Origin: Trueperaceae bacterium | GTDB lineage: Bacteria > Deinococcota > Deinococci > Deinococcales > Trueperaceae | Length of the DNA stretch: 21,161 nt | Reading direction: 5' to 3' | NCBI GenBank assembly: GCA_040905465.1 | Contig: JBBDRK010000062.1 | Span: forward strand, 1-21,161 | Shown: positions 16,520 to 21,161 of the stretch, in pieces | How positions within the stretch are numbered: the stretch's first letter is position 1 | Layout: each line of letters starts with the position of its first letter | Program-made: the position numbers and the translations under genes | Notes under the pieces: model-generated | Told to the model about the DNA's origin: nothing | The model's database searches: none | Seen by the model: only the letters and a program-made list of their open reading frames with translations

Positions 16520-16956
16520 CTGCCCTCGCTCTGCAGATCCGCCAGAGCCCCGATGGCAGCCTTGTACGACAGCGGGCCGAGACCGGTGATGGTTCCGCGG
16601 CAAACCGCCGACAGCAGGCTGGTGTGGCGGAACGGCTCGCGCGCAAACACGTTGGAGAGATGCACCTCTATTACTGACAGCGCAATCGCGGAGACCGCGT
16701 CACGCAACGCAACCGAAGAATGGCTATAGCCGGCGCCGTTCAACACCACACCTGTCGCACCGGCTTCGGAAGCACCGTGCAACCACTCGACCAGGGTACT
16801 TTCGCTGTTGCTCTGGCGGCACTCCGCTTCCTGGCCGAGCTCGCCCGCCCAGGCACGGCAGCGCTCGTCCAGATCGGCCAGCGTGAGGTGACCGTAAACG
16901 CCGGTCTCGCGGCTGCCGAGGAGGTTTAGGTTGGGGCCGTTGAGGATCAGGATCAC
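16516..16956 (-). CDS. aroQ: 3-dehydroquinate dehydratase type II
   Basis: ILNGPNLNLLGSRE..VYG, QSNSE, HSSVALRDA, IEVHLSNVFAREPFRHTS. Confidence 0.97.
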   Translation of the reverse strand: MILILNGPNLNLLGSRETGVYGHLTLADLDERCRAWAGELGQEAECRQSNSESTLVEWLHGASEAGATGVVLNGAGYSHSSVALRDAVSAIALSVIEVHLSNVFAREPFRHTSLLSAVCRGTITGLGPLSYKAAIGALADLQSEGS

Positions 16957-18017
16957 GCTTCTACCTCCAGTAGCCGCTCCCAGGCGCGGCGCTGCTCGAA
17001 CTCTCCAACGTCGTCGACCAGGACCGGCGTCGCCTCCTGCTCGAGCAACACGAATCGCTGCCCGGCAGCGCTGTTCTTCTTGTCCCTCAGCAGGTAGGGC
17101 ATCAGGTCATCGAACGCCAGCGACGGCAGCGGCGTAGGCTCCAGCCAGGTCAACAGCCTCCGCGCCTGCCCCACAAAATCGTGCCAGCCCCGCTCCTTGC
17201 CGAGCAGGGCTGAGAACAGCAGCCCGTATGCCACAGCTTCACCATGACTGAGCCGGTGGCCGGTCACGGCCTCGAGCGCATGGGCCAGCGAGTGGCCGAG
17301 GTTGAGAAATGCCCTGCCGCCCTGCTCGCGCTCATCGTCCGCCACCACCCGGGCCTTCACGGCGACCGAGCGCGCCACGTACTCCTCCAGGATCGCCGCG
17401 TCGCCGTCGCGGCGGAACTCCCTGTCGTCGAGAGCCGTCAGCAGCTTCGCTTCGCCCAGCAGTCCGTGCTTGTACAGCTCCACCGCGCCCTCACGGAACT
17501 GCCGCTCGGGAAGCGTTGCCAGCGTGGCAACGTCGGCCATCACCAGGCGCGGCTGCCAGAACGCGCCTACGAGGTTCTTGCCCTCCGGCAGGTTCACCCC
17601 GGTCTTGCCGCCGACGCTGGCGTCCACCATCGCCAGCAAGCTGGTGGGGCAGGCGTAATAAGCCACCCCGCGCAGGTAGCTCGCGGCGGCGAATCCGGCG
17701 AGGTCGCTCACTACTCCGCCGCCTATCGCCAGCACGGCACAGTCGCGGCCGAAGCCCGCCTGTGCGAGTCGGCGGAGGACGTCGCCCAGCATCTGCAGGC
17801 TCTTGCTTTCCTCGCCGGCGGGGACTTCGACCAGCTTCACCCGTTTGCCGGCCTCGCTCAACAGGCGATGGGCTGCCGTGCCATAGTGCGGCGCGACATT
17901 GGTGTCCGACACGACGGCGACCGCGGGTTCGGCGACCATGGCCGCGACCCGCTCCAGAAGGCCGCTTCCCACCAGCACTCGGTAAGGGGACGCTACCTCG
18001 ACTTCGACCTCCGTCAT
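16953..18017 (-). CDS. aroB: 3-dehydroquinate synthase
   Basis: GEESKS, GGGVVSDLAGFAAASYLRG, PTSLLAMVDASVGGKTGVN..GKNLVGAFWQP, DERE..GRAFLNLGHSLAHALE, HGEAV, DKKN. ATG 18017 overlaps the aroK stop. Confidence 0.98.
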   Translation of the reverse strand: MTEVEVEVASPYRVLVGSGLLERVAAMVAEPAVAVVSDTNVAPHYGTAAHRLLSEAGKRVKLVEVPAGEESKSLQMLGDVLRRLAQAGFGRDCAVLAIGGGVVSDLAGFAAASYLRGVAYYACPTSLLAMVDASVGGKTGVNLPEGKNLVGAFWQPRLVMADVATLATLPERQFREGAVELYKHGLLGEAKLLTALDDREFRRDGDAAILEEYVARSVAVKARVVADDEREQGGRAFLNLGHSLAHALEAVTGHRLSHGEAVAYGLLFSALLGKERGWHDFVGQARRLLTWLEPTPLPSLAFDDLMPYLLRDKKNSAAGQRFVLLEQEATPVLVDDVGEFEQRRAWERLLEVEA

Positions 18018-18586
18018 CGGCCGACCCACTCGCGCAGCTTGACGACTATCTCCTCGACGACATCGGAAGAGTCCCGCCCGTCGGTGGAGACGCGGACGCT
18101 GGCAACCTCGTCGTAGTAAGGTCCCCGTTCCTCCAGCAGCATCCTGATGCGCTCGACCGGATCGCCGATCTCCAGGAGCGGCCTGCGGGTCCGGCGGGTA
18201 CGACGGTAGATGGTATCTGCGCCGGCTTCGAGCACCACCACCGGTCCGCGGCTCGTCAACAGCTTGCGGTTCTCGGGCCGCACCACGGTACCGCCGCCGG
18301 TCGACACCACGACATCGTCGAGGCGCAGGCAGCGACGCACAACCTCCGTCTCGTAATCGCGGAACACCTGTTCGCCGTACACCTGGAAGATGTCTGCAAT
18401 GCGCATGCACGAAACGCGCTCGATCACACGATCGGTGTCTATGAAGGTGAGGCTCAGCCGGCGCGAGAGCTCCCAGCCGATCCGGCTCTTGCCGGTGCCC
18501 ATGAAGCCGGCCAGCGCAACCCAGGAGACGGAGCGATCCTCGGGGATGTATCGCCGTGGCTCCGCTACGGCCTCCGTGTCGTTCAT
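18014..18586 (-). CDS. aroK: Shikimate kinase
   Basis: LAGFMGTGKS, FIDTD, IF..YGE..FRDYE, VVSTGGG, RPLL, ERGPYY. Confidence 0.97.
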   Translation of the reverse strand: MNDTEAVAEPRRYIPEDRSVSWVALAGFMGTGKSRIGWELSRRLSLTFIDTDRVIERVSCMRIADIFQVYGEQVFRDYETEVVRRCLRLDDVVVSTGGGTVVRPENRKLLTSRGPVVVLEAGADTIYRRTRRTRRPLLEIGDPVERIRMLLEERGPYYDEVASVRVSTDGRDSSDVVEEIVVKLREWVGR

Positions 18587-18598
18587 GCGGCCCTCGCC

Positions 18599-19753
18599 TC
18601 AGTACTCCGCCACATAATCGCGATGTTCGTCGAGTCGTTGGCGAAGCTCACGGACCGTGTCTGCCCCGAACTTCTCGAGAAGTGCGTCGGCGAGCACCAA
18701 CGCGCTCATCGCAAGCAGCACGATCGAGGCCGCCGGCACAGCGGTCGTATCGGAGCGCTCACGGGCGGCGTCGGCAGCCTCTCCGGTAACCACGTTCACC
18801 GTCGGTAACGGGCGCATCAGGGTGGCGATCGGTTTCATCGCCGCCCGGACGATCAGCTCCTCGCCGTTGGTGATACCCGCCTCAAGCCCGCCGGCCCGGT
18901 TGGTCCGCCTGAGGGTGCCGGGGTTGGCAGGGTAGATGGCGTCATGGACCTCCGAACCGGGTACCGTGGCGTTGCGCCAACCGTCACCGATTTCGACTCC
19001 CTTGATCGCTTGGATGCTCATGGCCGCCTGCGCGAGCCTTCCGTCGAGCTTGCGATCCCACTGGGCATGCGAGCCCAGCCCTACCGGAACTCTGCGGAAC
19101 CGCGCTTCTACCACACCGCCCAGGGTGTCGCCGGCCGACTTGGCCTGGTCGATTCGTTCGACGATGCGCTCCTCGGCCGAACGATCGAAGGTGCGAAGCG
19201 GGCTGTCATCGAGGGCAGCCAGCGTATCCCAGTCCATTGCCCCGTCGCAGGCGATCCCGCCCAGGCTCACCACCCGGGCGCAGCCTTCGACTCCGGCGAT
19301 CTCGAGGATACGCAGCGCGACGGCGCCGGCGGCAACTCGACTGGCAGTTTCACGTGCTGACGCGCGTTCCAGCACGTCTCGAAGGTCCTTGTGGTCGTAT
19401 TTGATGCCACCGGCGAGATCGGCGTGGCCCGGGCGCGCCTCGGTAAGGGAACGTTTGCGCGGTTCGCCGCCCGGCTCGGGGCTCATGATCTGGCCCCAGT
19501 TCTTCCAGTCCCGGTTCTCGATCTGCATCGCCACCGGAGCGCCCGTGGTCTTGCCGGCCCTGACCCCACCGACGAGACGGGCGGAGTCGGTCTCGATCAC
19601 CTGACGTCGTCCGCGGCCGTACCCTCCCTGGCGCCTTCGCAACCAGGGGTCGATGTGTTCGGAGGCTACCAGCTCGAGGCCGGCAGGAACCCCATCCAGG
19701 AGCACGGTGAGCAGGGGACCGTGCGATTCCCCAGCGGAAAGGTACCTCAACAT
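18599..19753 (-). CDS. aroC: Chorismate synthase
   Basis: AGESHG, RRQGGYGRG, RPGHADL, LERASARETA, GDTLGG, SIQAIKGVEIG, RTNRAGGLEAGITNG, MKPIATL, ERSD. Confidence 0.99.
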   Translation of the reverse strand: MLRYLSAGESHGPLLTVLLDGVPAGLELVASEHIDPWLRRRQGGYGRGRRQVIETDSARLVGGVRAGKTTGAPVAMQIENRDWKNWGQIMSPEPGGEPRKRSLTEARPGHADLAGGIKYDHKDLRDVLERASARETASRVAAGAVALRILEIAGVEGCARVVSLGGIACDGAMDWDTLAALDDSPLRTFDRSAEERIVERIDQAKSAGDTLGGVVEARFRRVPVGLGSHAQWDRKLDGRLAQAAMSIQAIKGVEIGDGWRNATVPGSEVHDAIYPANPGTLRRTNRAGGLEAGITNGEELIVRAAMKPIATLMRPLPTVNVVTGEAADAARERSDTTAVPAASIVLLAMSALVLADALLEKFGADTVRELRQRLDEHRDYVAEY

Positions 19754-19759
19754 CAGCCA

Positions 19760-19768
19760 AGCGTAGCA
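19760..19768 (-). promoter_or_regulatory. Extended -10 promoter (TGcTACGCT) of a probably leaderless aroC-aroK-aroB-aroQ transcript
   Basis: Minus strand reads TG-C-TACGCT-tggctg-ATG(19753). Confidence 0.7.
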
Positions 19769-19852
19769 TGAGCGGCCGGGCGGCCGGCACGCCGTTGCAT
19801 GCGCTCCAGGCCGTCACTGAGGGCAGTTGCCCATACGAAGTCGGTTGGGCAG

Positions 19853-19898
19853 ACCAAGGCGAGGCCCGGTCGACGGAGCGACCGGGCCTCGCCTTGGT
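19853..19898. terminator. Perfect 20-bp inverted repeat 12 nt downstream of the pilQ stop (terminator or mRNA-stabilising hairpin, no U-tract)
   Basis: ACCAAGGCGAGGCCCGGTCG-ACGGAG-CGACCGGGCCTCGCCTTGGT. The repeat itself is certain; its function as a terminator is inferred. Confidence 0.6.
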
Positions 19899-19910
19899 GC
19901 CGGGTAACCT

Positions 19911-21161
19911 CTACTCCAGCACGTGGGCGTTGACTATCACCAGCAACTCGGTGTCGCTCTGTTCGGTTACCGTCGTGCCGAACAGCCCACCGATCAGCGG
20001 GATCGCTCCGAGCAACGGGACCCGGTTGCGGGTTGTGACGAACTGGTTCTGCATCAGGCCGGAGAGCAAGACTGTCTGGCCGGGCTGCAGGGAAACGGTT
20101 GAACTGACGGCTCGCGTCGACAGTTCCAGGAACTGCGGGTCGGCGGTGGTGGAAAGAACGTCTTCGACGCGCGCCTGCACCTCGAGCGTGACGCGGCCGT
20201 CGGCCGCGATACGCGGCGTTACCTCGACCTGGACGCCGTAGGGAATGGTGCGCTCGATGTTCTCGGCCGCGCCGGGGATGGTAATGAAGATCGTGCCGCC
20301 GGCCTGGACACTGCCGGTAACGTTATCGAGCACCGTCAACGTCGTGTCGTCAACCCGTCGCGACAGTCCCTGGGACTCGAGCGCGTCCAGCACGGCTCCG
20401 ATGTTGAGGCTGGTTAGGGCGTTCTGGGCGTCGAAGATGAACTGCAGGCCGGTATCGAGGACGTTGGCCGCGAACTTGCCCACACCGGCCGCGAGGTTGA
20501 TGCCGAGCTCGGAAGCGGTGCGGGTCGAGATCTCCTGGATGCGCACCTGGACGTTGACCTGCCGCTGAGGCACGTCGAGCTGCGGGATGAGCTGGGCGAT
20601 ACGCGACTGCACCGGAGCCGTGGCGGCGACTATGAGGCTGTTGGTTCGGGGCTCGGCGGTGACCCGGAAGTTGCGTCCTTCGGCATCATCAGCCTCGCCG
20701 CCGGCGTCGCTGATGATGGAGCCGCTGGCGGCCTCTAGCACCTCGGCGAGCTGAACCGCGTTCGCGTTGGAGAGTTGGTAGGTGCGCAGCTCGATCGGCA
20801 CCACCTCGGCCGCCTGGTCGAACTGGTCGAGGGTTGCCTGTACTTCGTCGTGCTGCTCCTGGGTGGCAACGACCGACAGCGTGCGGACGTTGGCAAGCGC
20901 TTCGACCGAGGCACCCGGCACAGCTCTGGAAATGATGGTGGCGAGATCGTCGGCGCTGGTGTTGACCCGGTAGAACCGCTGGACCCGCGGTTGGCCGTCC
21001 GCCTCCGGCTCCTGCGCCGGCTCACGACCGAGTGCATCGATGGCGGCGGTCGGGCCGACGATGATCACATCGTTGTCGAGTAGGCGGTAGTCGAGGTCGT
21101 TGAGGGTGAGGACGATGTCCCAGACCTGTCGGAACGGCTTGGGATCGCCGATGTCGTAGAT
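19911..21161 (-). CDS. pilQ: Type IV pilus secretin PilQ-like (partial; the frame is open to the window edge)
   Basis: N-domain repeats (QRFYRVN..A..LA; TYQLSNANAVQLAEVL; AEPRTNSLIV; LDVPQRQVNVQVRIQE), secretin core YGVQVEVTPRI, GQTVLLSGL, VPLLGAIPLIGGLF, TELLVIV. Upstream of aroC-aroK-aroB as in Thermus/Deinococcus. Confidence 0.92.
   Translation of the reverse strand: MYDIGDPKPFRQVWDIVLTLNDLDYRLLDNDVIIVGPTAAIDALGREPAQEPEADGQPRVQRFYRVNTSADDLATIISRAVPGASVEALANVRTLSVVATQEQHDEVQATLDQFDQAAEVVPIELRTYQLSNANAVQLAEVLEAASGSIISDAGGEADDAEGRNFRVTAEPRTNSLIVAATAPVQSRIAQLIPQLDVPQRQVNVQVRIQEISTRTASELGINLAAGVGKFAANVLDTGLQFIFDAQNALTSLNIGAVLDALESQGLSRRVDDTTLTVLDNVTGSVQAGGTIFITIPGAAENIERTIPYGVQVEVTPRIAADGRVTLEVQARVEDVLSTTADPQFLELSTRAVSSTVSLQPGQTVLLSGLMQNQFVTTRNRVPLLGAIPLIGGLFGTTVTEQSDTELLVIVNAHVLE

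Noticed and set aside
17244..18808. Plus-strand ORFs of 290 aa and 499 aa
   Set aside because: Antisense to aroB/aroK/aroC with no domain features.
16516..21161. pilQ next to shikimate-pathway genes as a novel association
   Set aside because: pilQ-aroK-aroB linkage is long known in many bacteria, including Deinococcus-Thermus with aroC.

Overview
High-GC, gene-dense chromosomal window that looks like Deinococcota (Truepera/Deinococcus-like). The lineage is inferred from the RpoA, S4 and IF-1 sequences, the TilS-deaminase fusion, pilQ-aroCKBQ synteny and TANNNT boxes directly before start codons. Left part (+): end of the spc operon and the alpha operon: (rplO tail)-secY-adk-map-infA-rpmJ-rpsM-rpsK-rpsD-rpoA-rplQ, then a terminator. 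Middle: deoB (-), a start-less remnant of a PIN/VapC toxin missed by the ORF track, a tilS-tadA fusion (+), an alpha/beta hydrolase (-), and lepA translationally coupled to an intramembrane-type histidine kinase and a NarL-family regulator. These are followed by four type IV minor-pilin genes (FimT/PilV/PilW/PilX-like) and scpB. Right part (-): the 3' part of pilQ, then aroC-aroK-aroB-aroQ. I found no rRNA, tRNA, CRISPR array or intact mobile element. Most worth following up: the kinase/regulator plus minor-pilin module, the TilS-TadA fusion with native Asn at the TadA D108-equivalent, a three-way-junction RNA before rpsD, a 14-codon uORF before rpoA, and the VapC relic. All calls come from reading motifs by eye; no searches or folding programs were run.
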